This document shows positions 8,406-16,946 of a stretch of DNA of 24,000 bases, one piece after another. The notes under the pieces were generated by a model. The model made no database searches. It saw nothing but the letters and a program-made list of their open reading frames with translations, and was not told the DNA's origin. Numbering within the stretch: position 1 is the first letter of the stretch; every line of letters begins with the position of its first letter. The position numbers and the translations under genes are program-made. The stretch comes from Halodesulfovibrio sp. (GTDB lineage Bacteria; Desulfobacterota; Desulfovibrionia; Desulfovibrionales; Desulfovibrionaceae), in contig NZ_JADMLB010000057.1 in assembly GCF_015482765.1 (NCBI RefSeq), forward strand, positions 2,101 to 26,100, given 5' to 3'.

Positions 8406-8445
8406 AATATGAAGCAATGAAGTAGAATTAAGTAGTTACAAGGTC

Positions 8446-8477
8446 TTTCACCCTATTCATATATGAATAGGGTGAAA
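8446..8477. promoter_or_regulatory. Candidate enhancer (UAS) site 2 for the sigma-54 activator
   Basis: Perfect 32-bp palindrome TTTCACCCTATTCATATATGAATAGGGTGAAA with the same CTATTCA-N4-TGAATAG core. Its centre is 67 bp from the centre of site 1. Confidence 0.55.
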
Positions 8478-8559
8478 TTCAAGAGTGAATACTCAGTTGC
8501 ATTTTTTCATCATGCACTTCTTTTTCAAAAAAAAGCTCTCAACCTTTTCCAAAAAGCAC

Positions 8560-8587
8560 AAAAAAAAGCCGCTGCATAAGCAACGGC
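8560..8587 (-). terminator. Rho-independent terminator of gltX
   Basis: The minus strand reads GCCGTTGC-ttat-GCAGCGGC followed by TTTTTTTT. It begins 28 nt after the gltX stop. Confidence 0.7.
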
Positions 8588-8614
8588 TTTATAAAAGCAA
8601 AGAAGTAAAAACGA

Positions 8615-10006
8615 CTACTGCTCAAGAGCACGGTCGATACGGGCAAGTGTACGTTCCTTACCGATGATTTCCATCACGTCAGGAAGGTTAGGGCCACCCA
8701 TTGCGCCAACAAGCGCTACACGCAGTGGAGGGCCGACAGCCTTAAATTTAAGACCATTATCAGATACGTAGTTAGCCATAACTTCGTGGGTGGTATCTTT
8801 AGTAAATGCTTCGAGTGCAGCAAACTGTTCGCGCATGTTAGCAAGGTGCTGTTTGCCTTCTTCAGTGAGGGCTTTCTTTACTGCTTTTTCTTCAAACTCG
8901 TATTCAGAGTCTGCAAGAAGCATAAAGCGCATTGCGTCAACAAGACCAATCAAATCTTTTGCACGATCTTTAAAAAGAGGAACCATAGCGGTCAGCTCTT
9001 CAAGAGAAATTTCAAAACCGGCTTCTTTTGCAAAAGGTGCAACGAGCGCTGCAAGGTCAGCATCAGAAGAATCTTTCATGTACTGTGCGTTAAGCCAGAG
9101 CAATTTATCTGGATCAAAACCGGCAGCAGAAGATGAAAGGTTGTCGGTAGAGAACAGTTCAATCAGTTCATCAAGGGTAAAGATTTCCTGATCTCCATGA
9201 GACCAGCCAAGACGAACGAGGTAGTTCACCAATGCCTGAGGAAGCAGACCCATTTTTTCATATTCCATTACAGACTTCGCACCGTGACGCTTAGAAAGCT
9301 TCTTACGGTCAGAGCCGAGAATCATTGGAACATGTCCAAACTCAGGAACTTCCCAGCCGAGAGCTGTGTACAGCATAATCTGTTTCGGAGTGTTGTTTAC
9401 ATGGTCATCACCACGAAGAACGTGAGAGATCTCCTGAGAATGGTCATCTACAACAACTGCAAGGTTGTATGTAGGAGAGCCGTCACTACGGCGGATGATC
9501 ATGTCATCAAGCTCTTCGTTGTCAAACGCAATGCTGCCCTTCACAAGGTCTTTCCATACGGTGCGTCCGGTAAGCGGTGCTTTAAAGCGTACAACTCGAC
9601 CTTCTGCTTTTTCTAAACCAAGTTCACGACACTTACCGTTGTACTTTGGCTTCTTACCGTTAGCACGAGCTTCTTCACGCATTGCTTCTACTTCTTCTGC
9701 ACTACAGTCACAGTAGTATGCTTTGCCTTCTGCAAGCAGCTGATCAATGTACTTGTTGTACAGATCATCACGCTGGCTCTGGTAAACAGGCTCTGCATCC
9801 CAACTGAGGCCAAGCCATTCCATGGAAGCAAGAATAGCATCTGTGTACTGCTGCTCAGAACGTTCTCTATCTGTATCTTCAATACGCAGAACAAATTCGC
9901 CGCCATGATGACGGGCAAGCAACCAACTGAAAATAGCGGTACGTGCACCACCGATATGTAAGTGTCCGGTAGGGGACGGAGCAAAACGAGTGACTACTTT
10001 AGCCAT
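8615..10006 (-). CDS. gltX: Glutamate--tRNA ligase
   Basis: The class I synthetase signatures are present: PSPTGHLHIGGARTA (HIGH) and KLSKRH (KMSKS). The length is 463 aa. A GAGGAG RBS lies upstream. Confidence 0.95.
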   Translation of the reverse strand: MAKVVTRFAPSPTGHLHIGGARTAIFSWLLARHHGGEFVLRIEDTDRERSEQQYTDAILASMEWLGLSWDAEPVYQSQRDDLYNKYIDQLLAEGKAYYCDCSAEEVEAMREEARANGKKPKYNGKCRELGLEKAEGRVVRFKAPLTGRTVWKDLVKGSIAFDNEELDDMIIRRSDGSPTYNLAVVVDDHSQEISHVLRGDDHVNNTPKQIMLYTALGWEVPEFGHVPMILGSDRKKLSKRHGAKSVMEYEKMGLLPQALVNYLVRLGWSHGDQEIFTLDELIELFSTDNLSSSAAGFDPDKLLWLNAQYMKDSSDADLAALVAPFAKEAGFEISLEELTAMVPLFKDRAKDLIGLVDAMRFMLLADSEYEFEEKAVKKALTEEGKQHLANMREQFAALEAFTKDTTHEVMANYVSDNGLKFKAVGPPLRVALVGAMGGPNLPDVMEIIGKERTLARIDRALEQ

Positions 10007-10205
10007 GAAACTATCTCCTCAAAAAATATATAAAAACCTACTGATATAGGTATTCATTCACTGTTCCGAACGGGAGAATGTCCGTTCGTGTGAATCAGCT
10101 GTACCACAACATAGCAAGACGCTGAACAGGAAAAGCCCCCACAAAATTTTCCAGACGTATTCTGAAAGATTCGGCGGGGTGCTGTACTGACGTAAAAACG
10201 TTCTA

Positions 10206-10439
10206 TTAGTCGTCTGCCGGTTCTACAGCCTTTACTTCAGGCACTGCTTTGAGAACAAAACGCTCTACAGTATTACGCAGAGTCATCTGGGACATTGGGC
10301 AGCCCTTACATGCGCCAGTGAGACGTACAGTCACAATGCCGCGCTCGGTAACATCTACAAGCTCAACGTCGCCGCCGTCATTTTGAAGGTAAGGACGAAC
10401 TTTATCCAACGCTGCTTCTACTTTTTCTCTAAGAGTCAT
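10206..10439 (-). CDS. NifU C-terminal-domain (Nfu-like) Fe-S cluster protein
   Basis: 77 aa reading LDKVRPYLQNDGGDVELVDV...VRLTGACKGCPMSQMTL. This is the conserved CxxC Nfu/NifU-C domain pattern. Confidence 0.8.
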   Translation of the reverse strand: MTLREKVEAALDKVRPYLQNDGGDVELVDVTERGIVTVRLTGACKGCPMSQMTLRNTVERFVLKAVPEVKAVEPADD

Positions 10440-10600
10440 GTTTTATTCCTCACAGTATATATGATGTGTGGCACTTCTATCGCTGTTAAAAAACAGTGTC
10501 AAACGAAGAGAGTGTAATCGGAGTCAGGCAACATATAAAATAACCAGTGCCACCCCTGAACAGCCATTCTCATCTCTCGAATCCTGTACAGTACGGCTTG

Positions 10601-11506
10601 TTACTTTTCTTCAGCCAGCTCCACGACAAACTTTTTAACAAAGTCTACGGGATTGTAGCTCATCTTTGCTTTTCGCAGCCCTTCATCGTCTAAATCCTGT
10701 TCACGGTTTACATACGTAAAGCGGGAGCCCTCATCAGTGAGGAAAAAGTTGTTAATTGCCTGATAGATGCCTTTATAGTCGGTTCTACCTTTTTCAAAAT
10801 GAATAACAACGGTCTCGTCATTAATGGCTTCTGCTACAGTGTAGGCTATTACTTTACCGTCAACCTGAATTGAACCGCCTATGAGGGAAGGAATAACGTC
10901 CCACTGCTCCAATACACGACGAATAGCATCATTCTCTGCAAGCAACGACTGAGATTCTTCACACTCACGCCACATGCACCACTCTTCCTGCATTTCCAGC
11001 ACGGCTTCCACGCAGTCGGCGGTCATTGGCTCATAAGTATATGAGTAGAGCTTCTTGAACTGGTTAACGAGGTTCTTCTTTTTATGAAACTTTTTACCAC
11101 GCAGTTCGCCCAGTTCCTGAACATCATAAATGTAATCCCACTGTCCGCGATCTTCAGTCGGAGTAATGCGATTACCAATCTTTTCTTTCCAGATCTCAAG
11201 CAAACGCTCAGGCACGCGATGGAATGTTCGAGCCTGCTTCATATACGGACAATTTGCCCAATCCACATTATCCCAGTTTCCTATAGGCGCCCAATAACGC
11301 ACCACTGGAATTTCTGAATCTGCTGTTGTGGACTGACGAATCCAGACAAGGTTGTCAGTCCAAGCCCATTCAAGACTATATTCATCTGCCCAGCCCCATA
11401 TATTCGTAAAACTGAAATCCGAAGATTTTGTATTACTCAGAGCCAGTCGCTCCATATATTCGTCTTTACGCTCAAACGTAATCGGTTCAAAAATAAGCTC
11501 TTTCAT
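10601..11506 (-). CDS. Probable DUF2156 protein (related to the C-terminal transferase domain of MprF-type lysyl-phosphatidylglycerol synthases)
   Basis: It is 301 aa. The N-terminal pattern SSDFSFTNIWGWADEY and the overall size match my recollection of standalone DUF2156 proteins. The family call is from memory only. The ORF itself is solid and starts 10 nt after the MATE stop. Confidence 0.55.
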   Translation of the reverse strand: MKELIFEPITFERKDEYMERLALSNTKSSDFSFTNIWGWADEYSLEWAWTDNLVWIRQSTTADSEIPVVRYWAPIGNWDNVDWANCPYMKQARTFHRVPERLLEIWKEKIGNRITPTEDRGQWDYIYDVQELGELRGKKFHKKKNLVNQFKKLYSYTYEPMTADCVEAVLEMQEEWCMWRECEESQSLLAENDAIRRVLEQWDVIPSLIGGSIQVDGKVIAYTVAEAINDETVVIHFEKGRTDYKGIYQAINNFFLTDEGSRFTYVNREQDLDDEGLRKAKMSYNPVDFVKKFVVELAEEK

Positions 11507-11516
11507 GAAAAGACTC

Positions 11517-12908
11517 CTACGCAGCCGGAGCGGTCGAATTTTTGCGTTTAATCATGCTGAAACGATACCAATCGCGTCGCATAAATATATAAAACATTGT
11601 TGTGGACTGGAAAACCTGTGAAACAAGCATCGCAATGTACACACCCTCTGCGTCTTTCAACACAAGGTGTCCAAGGATATACGCTACAGGCAATCGAACC
11701 AGCCACGAAGCACTGCTGTAAATCCAAAAGTTGTAGATGGTAGCACCGGCACCGGTCATAATACCGCCAAGTGTCATACTGGCAACGGTAAACGGAATAG
11801 AGATAATGTTGTACTTCAGATACACAGCGGCCTGAACCGTAACATCCGGCTCCGGTGCAAGGAATCTCGCCATCGGGTCAATAAACGGCCAGAAGCATAC
11901 AGCGATAATGGACATAATACCGCAGGCTGTTCCCAAGATTCGCAACCCTGCACGCTTTGCTTCACCTCGATTTCCGGCACCAAGAAAGTGCCCGATAAGA
12001 ATGCTTGCCGTCATATTAAAAGCAAAAGCAGGCAGGAACAAAAGAGACTCAATGCGCATTCCTGCTGCAAGCCCCGCAAGAGCGTTAATGGCATCAAAAG
12101 GCAAAGACGCCACGATGGCAAAAAGAACAATATAGCCTGTATGCCACAAAGCCTGAGTACCGCCTGCCGGAGCAGCAACTTTGATCAGATACGGCAGTGC
12201 ATGACGTGCCCAGCGCCATGGCGCAAAGGAATCCCTTACAAGAATGCCCTTCCCTGTGAGAACCGCAAAGTTGTACAGCGTGCCGCCTGTTACAGAAAGT
12301 AATGTCGCCCACGCAACACCTTTGTAGCCGAATTCCGGCAGTCCAAACCAGCCAAGTCCGAAACCGAGGTCAGCAATGGTGTTCACTAAAGCGACAATGG
12401 CAATTGAGCGCATAGGGACAAAGACCATCATTTTTGCACGGAACACAGCATTTGTAATAACAAACACATAATAAACCGGAAGCAGCATAAGGTAGATTTT
12501 CAAAAAATACATAGCGATGGGATAAATTTCATCCGGTGTCTGCAATATTCCTAAAAACACATGACGGAAACTTAACCCGAAACCGGAAATTACCAACCCG
12601 CATACAAGACCAAGTAAAACAACCAATCCTATATACCGTGCGGCGCGCCTATGCAGCCCGGCTCCTATGGACTGACTGATGGCAGCCACACAGCCGTTAC
12701 CAATGGCTATGGCAATAACAAGAAAGAACAGGAAGGTTTGGGAAATCATCCCCAGCGCCGCCTGAACATTGGAATCAATCTGCCCTGCTACCCATACATC
12801 GACAAAGCCGATTAAAAAATGAAACATCATCATAAGAATCTGCGGCCATGCAAGATTCCAGATGGCTTTGTAGGAAGTAGGGTCTACTATCTGCTCTGAG
12901 TTACTCAT
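11517..12908 (-). CDS. MATE-family efflux transporter
   Basis: It has 12-TM-like hydrophobicity and the MATE N-terminus IWNLAWPQILMMMFHFLIGFVDVWVAG. The track ORF extends to 12986, but the extra 26 aa look non-coding, so I prefer ATG 12908 (MSNSEQIV...). Confidence 0.8.
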   Translation of the reverse strand: MSNSEQIVDPTSYKAIWNLAWPQILMMMFHFLIGFVDVWVAGQIDSNVQAALGMISQTFLFFLVIAIAIGNGCVAAISQSIGAGLHRRAARYIGLVVLLGLVCGLVISGFGLSFRHVFLGILQTPDEIYPIAMYFLKIYLMLLPVYYVFVITNAVFRAKMMVFVPMRSIAIVALVNTIADLGFGLGWFGLPEFGYKGVAWATLLSVTGGTLYNFAVLTGKGILVRDSFAPWRWARHALPYLIKVAAPAGGTQALWHTGYIVLFAIVASLPFDAINALAGLAAGMRIESLLFLPAFAFNMTASILIGHFLGAGNRGEAKRAGLRILGTACGIMSIIAVCFWPFIDPMARFLAPEPDVTVQAAVYLKYNIISIPFTVASMTLGGIMTGAGATIYNFWIYSSASWLVRLPVAYILGHLVLKDAEGVYIAMLVSQVFQSTTMFYIFMRRDWYRFSMIKRKNSTAPAA

Positions 12909-13215
12909 TAATTTACTTACCAAGTGAAAGTGTTGAAGTGCAGAGGATAATACGGATAGGGAAAAAGTACAGCCTGCAAATTGCAATTACTACTTTATAC
13001 GTAGAGTACTCTTCATGCAAAAGACATTGATTCAAAAATGATTGCAATACGAAGTGCAGGCAACTGACAGCCTATCTTTGAGATGATTATTTTGGGAAGA
13101 AAGTCAAAAAGCTTTGCCGGTCTCTTTGAACAGTAACAAGACTATCTGCATACGATTAATCGTAGCCTGAGGTTGTAACGATACGCTTTGTAATCATCCA
13201 ACCTCATGCAATCAC

Positions 13216-14202
13216 CTACAAAATATCACCGGAAAAAAGACGACGTTCTTCACCATTAGCATTACGGAGAACCAGCATTCCGTCGGTAGAAACATCGATA
13301 ACAGTACCTTGAACCATTTCTCCGCGAACCTGCACTGTCAGTTCTTTTCCTACAACATCCGTAAGCTCTTTCCAGCGACTCAAAAGAGGAGCAAAACCCT
13401 GTTTTTTTACCAGTAAATACCAGTGCTCATAACGAGTTAAATACGCTTGCAGTAACTGAAGGCGCGAAACCTTTTTGCCTATAATTTCCTCTAACGAGCA
13501 TGGAGTTGTACGTAATTCAGGGACTATCTGCTTCGGCAACGGGCGCATATTAATCCCCACACCGGAAACAACATGCCCGACACTATCACCGGATAGGAAA
13601 ATTTCTGTCAGATTTCCTGCAATCTTGCAGCCATCTATCAGCACATCGTTCGGCCATTTGCAGACCGGAAGAATCCCTGTCACATCATGCACAGCCTCTG
13701 CCGCCGCAACATTGGTCAACAAGGTAATAATGGGAGCCTCATTCGGGGCAATATCCGGTCGCAGAATCACAGAAACATACAACCCGCAGCCGGCAGGAGA
13801 ATGCCATGTACGCCCTTGCCTTCCTCTGCCGCCGGTTTGCTCATCAGCAATAACCAACGCCCCCTCAGGAGCATCCATAAATGCCAACTGCATAGCTTCA
13901 ATGTTGGTCGAACCGACGCTAGGCATATAGGTTACGCCCCGCTTACCAAAAACAGTTGTCTTCAGCCCTTGCTGAACACACTGTTCCGTCAATTGTTCGG
14001 CCATACGTAAGAGGCGGTACCCCTTACGGGTAACGGCTTCAATCTCATGCCCCTGTCCTCGCAACACACTTACGTGTTTGGAAACAGCAGCACGGGAGAT
14101 TGCAAAATTCCGGCTTATATCTTCACCGGAAGTATACTCTTCTGTATTTTCTTGCAGTAATTCCAAGATCTTCCCTCGGATTGCATCACCCTTTGAAGCC
14201 AT
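13216..14202 (-). CDS. birA: Bifunctional biotin--[acetyl-CoA-carboxylase] ligase / biotin operon repressor
   Basis: An N-terminal winged HTH (YTSGEDISRNFAISRAAVSKHVSVLRGQGHEIEAV) and the biotin-ligase motif GGRGRQGRTWHSP are both present. The track starts at GTG 14208, but ATG 14202 sits behind AGGGG. Confidence 0.9.
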   Translation of the reverse strand: MASKGDAIRGKILELLQENTEEYTSGEDISRNFAISRAAVSKHVSVLRGQGHEIEAVTRKGYRLLRMAEQLTEQCVQQGLKTTVFGKRGVTYMPSVGSTNIEAMQLAFMDAPEGALVIADEQTGGRGRQGRTWHSPAGCGLYVSVILRPDIAPNEAPIITLLTNVAAAEAVHDVTGILPVCKWPNDVLIDGCKIAGNLTEIFLSGDSVGHVVSGVGINMRPLPKQIVPELRTTPCSLEEIIGKKVSRLQLLQAYLTRYEHWYLLVKKQGFAPLLSRWKELTDVVGKELTVQVRGEMVQGTVIDVSTDGMLVLRNANGEERRLFSGDIL

Positions 14203-14214
14203 TCTCACCCCTGA

Positions 14215-14248
14215 TTGTAAACTTTATAAACTTACTAAAAGTTGACAA
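14215..14248. promoter_or_regulatory. Candidate BirA operator (bioO-like)
   Basis: TTGTAAAC (14215-14222), an 18-nt spacer, then GTTGACAA (14241-14248). This is an inverted repeat with one mismatch. Half-site sequence and spacing match the E. coli bioO arrangement as I recall it. It lies between divergent birA and bioB. Confidence 0.6.
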
Positions 14249-14408
14249 TAGTATTACTCTCAGATACTCCGACGGTACTAAAACGACACGGATGTGCCCC
14301 GTCAAATCAACTGAAAGCGTCTATTACCGGCAGAACAGCCTTTCTGCCACCAAGCTTTTCTCTCGTTATGACGTGTGGATAGATCTATAAATTCTCAGAG
14401 AAACCACT

Positions 14409-15389
14409 ATGACCACTACTGCTTCAACTGTGTACGCCCTGTGCGAAGAGGTTGTCCAGTCAGGAAAAGGTATCAGCCAAGCTGATGCAGAAAAACTGAT
14501 ACACCTTCCGGAAAATGCAACGCTGGACATACTTGCAGGCGCTCAGCGTATTCGCTCCGCTTTGACAAAGCGTGAATTCTTTACCTGCGGTATTGTAAAC
14601 GCTAAATCAGGAAAGTGCAGTGAAAACTGCTCGTTCTGTGCACAATCCAAGTATCACACAACAAATGCACCGATCTATCCTTTGCAGGATGCTGACACAC
14701 TGCTGCTCAGAGCTAAAGAGCTTGAAGCAGGCGGCGCTCAGCGTTACGGCATTGTCACCAGCGGCATGGCACTCTCCGAAAAAGAACTCGACACAGTTTG
14801 CGAAGCAGCACTAGCCATCACCTCGCAAACCACACTCAAAGTTTGTGGGTCACTAGGCCAGCTTTCACCAGACATGGCACTCCGCCTGCGTCAGGCAGGT
14901 TTCTCCAGTTACCATCACAACCTTGAGACTGCACGCTCACACTTTTCTGCCATCTGTAGCACTCATGAGTATGATGATGACATCAACTCAGTCAAAAACG
15001 CACTTGAAGCTGGATTTCGTGTCTGCTCCGGCGGCATATTAGGTCTTGGAGAAAACCGCAACCAACGAGTTGAATTGGCCTGCACCCTTCGAGACCTTGA
15101 AGTACCTTCTATTCCAATGAATTTCCTCACTCCGGTAAAAGGCACACGCCTTGAAAACCAGCCACTTTTGAAAGCTTCTGAAGCCTTACGTGCCATTGCT
15201 GTCTACAGATTTATTCTGCCGACGCAGGATATTCTTATTGCCGGAGGGCGCGAAAACACACTGGGCGAATTGCAGTCACTCATTCCAATGGCTGGAGCCA
15301 ACGGTCTTATGATCGGAAACTATTTGACCACAGGCGGACGCAACATGGCAGATGACATGACCATGCTTGCCAATCTGGGCGTTGCATAA
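14409..15389 (+). CDS. bioB: Biotin synthase
   Basis: The radical-SAM motif CSENCSFCAQS is present, the length is 326 aa, and the gene sits in a bio operon. Confidence 0.95.
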   Translation: MTTTASTVYALCEEVVQSGKGISQADAEKLIHLPENATLDILAGAQRIRSALTKREFFTCGIVNAKSGKCSENCSFCAQSKYHTTNAPIYPLQDADTLLLRAKELEAGGAQRYGIVTSGMALSEKELDTVCEAALAITSQTTLKVCGSLGQLSPDMALRLRQAGFSSYHHNLETARSHFSAICSTHEYDDDINSVKNALEAGFRVCSGGILGLGENRNQRVELACTLRDLEVPSIPMNFLTPVKGTRLENQPLLKASEALRAIAVYRFILPTQDILIAGGRENTLGELQSLIPMAGANGLMIGNYLTTGGRNMADDMTMLANLGVA

Positions 15390-15398
15390 GGAGCACAT

Positions 15399-16760
15399 AT
15401 GAGCACAACACAAGAGTTACAAACAATAGATCGCACAAATGTCTGGCACCCGTTTACTCAAATGGCAGAATGGGTTCAACAAGATCAACTTATTATCGAA
15501 AGCGGAAAAGACAACTGGCTCATCGATACCGAGGGCAACCGCTATCTGGACGGCGTCTCCTCACTCTGGACAAACGTCCACGGACACTGTGTTCCGGAAA
15601 TCGATAAAGCAGTTCAGGAACAACTTACAAAAATTGCCCATACCACCATGCTTGGGCTGGCAAGTGTTCCTGCAACAGAGCTTGCCAAACGACTGGTAGA
15701 AATTCTTCCTGAAGGTCTTACCCGTGTATTCTACTCTGACAGCGGCTCAACGGCTGTAGAAGTAGCATTGAAAATTGCTTTTCAATTCCAGCAGCAGGCT
15801 GAAAAAGGTGATCCGAACCGTACCAAATTTATTTCCATGCAGAACGCCTACCACGGCGACACCATCGGTTCGGTTGCAGTGGGAGGAATGGACTTATTCC
15901 ACGCCACATACAAGCACCTGTTATTCCAAGGTGAAAAAGTAACCACCCCGTACTGCTACCGTTGTCCGTTTGGAAAAGAAAAAACGTTCTGTAACCGTGA
16001 ATGCTTCCAGCATGTTGAAGACGTTTTAGAAAAACACGGCAGCACGGCAGCAGCATTCGTTATTGAACCGCTTGTTCAAGGTGCAGCAGGACAAATCATG
16101 CATCCGCACGGATACCTCACACATGTTCGAGATCTGTGTAAACGCCACAATATCATTCTTATTGCAGATGAAGTTGCCGTTGGCTTTGGCAAAACAGGAA
16201 CCATGTTCGCCTGTGAACAGGAAAACATCACACCGGATATCATCTGCCTCGCTAAAGGAATCAGTGCCGGATACCTCCCTCTTGCCGCGACTGTTGCTTC
16301 AGAAGACATCTACAATGGCTTTCTTGGAAAACATGAAGAGTTCAAAACATTTTTCCACGGCCACACTTACACGGGTAACCCGCTTGCGTGTGCAGCAGCC
16401 CTTGCAAATCTAGACTACTTTGAAGCCAACGAAGTAATGAAAAAACTTCAACCAAAAATTACCCATTTACAAAACCACCTTGCAGAAATGCGTGAGCTTG
16501 TTCACGTTGGTGAAATCCGTAATCGGGGAATTATGACCGGTATTGAACTGGTTAAAGATAAAGATTCAAAGCAACCGTTCGAAACTGCTGAGAAGATCGC
16601 ACACAAAGTCTGCATGGAAGCACGTAAACATGGCGTCATCATCCGCAATCTGGGTGATGTGATTGTTCTTATGCCACCGCTCAGCATAACACTCAGTGAA
16701 ATTGATCTGCTCTGCAAGGCAACAACTGAAGCTATCAAATCGGTCACTTCTCAGGCTTAG
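15399..16760 (+). CDS. bioA: Adenosylmethionine-8-amino-7-oxononanoate aminotransferase
   Basis: Class III aminotransferase, 453 aa (VWHPFTQM..., YHGDT, DEVAVGFGKTG). An AAGGAG RBS is present and the gene starts 9 nt after bioB. Confidence 0.95.
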   Translation: MSTTQELQTIDRTNVWHPFTQMAEWVQQDQLIIESGKDNWLIDTEGNRYLDGVSSLWTNVHGHCVPEIDKAVQEQLTKIAHTTMLGLASVPATELAKRLVEILPEGLTRVFYSDSGSTAVEVALKIAFQFQQQAEKGDPNRTKFISMQNAYHGDTIGSVAVGGMDLFHATYKHLLFQGEKVTTPYCYRCPFGKEKTFCNRECFQHVEDVLEKHGSTAAAFVIEPLVQGAAGQIMHPHGYLTHVRDLCKRHNIILIADEVAVGFGKTGTMFACEQENITPDIICLAKGISAGYLPLAATVASEDIYNGFLGKHEEFKTFFHGHTYTGNPLACAAALANLDYFEANEVMKKLQPKITHLQNHLAEMRELVHVGEIRNRGIMTGIELVKDKDSKQPFETAEKIAHKVCMEARKHGVIIRNLGDVIVLMPPLSITLSEIDLLCKATTEAIKSVTSQA

Positions 16761-16946
16761 AAAAAAGACTGTTGTTGCCGCGACACCGTTATTCCGTCCA
16801 ACAACACCAATGGGATAATGTCGCCCTATATTCAAACAACAGCCTAACATCACTGGAAAAAGTTTCTGAGAGTCCGGAAAACCTCTTACAAGAGATTCTC
16901 CGGTCGCCGAAGGTACCCCGCTGGTAACCGCCGTCGGAGACAACCA

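Noticed and set aside
8485-8667. Plus-strand 60-aa Lys-rich ORF in the gltX downstream region.
   Set aside because: It is low-complexity translation of the A-rich terminator region and overlaps the gltX 3' end.
10469-10483. Plus-strand sigma-54-like element TGGCAC-ttcta-TCGC.
   Set aside because: The -12 element is imperfect (TCGC rather than TTGC). It also points into the 3' end of a convergent minus-strand gene, with no plus-strand gene downstream. It is probably a chance match.
12909-12986. N-terminal extensions proposed by the ORF track: MATE to 12986, small ORF from TTG 3563, activator from TTG 5530, birA from GTG 14208, SDR from ATG 17236.
   Set aside because: In each case an internal ATG has a better-placed Shine-Dalgarno sequence and gives an N-terminus typical of the family. 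The true starts remain uncertain by a few codons.
13151-13205. 14-bp perfect palindrome TACGATTAATCGTA (13151-13164) and hairpin GAGGTTG-N23-CAACCTC (13169-13205) downstream of birA.
   Set aside because: There is no U-tract, no repeat elsewhere in the window and no obvious functional context. AT-rich palindromes of this size occur by chance in intergenic DNA.
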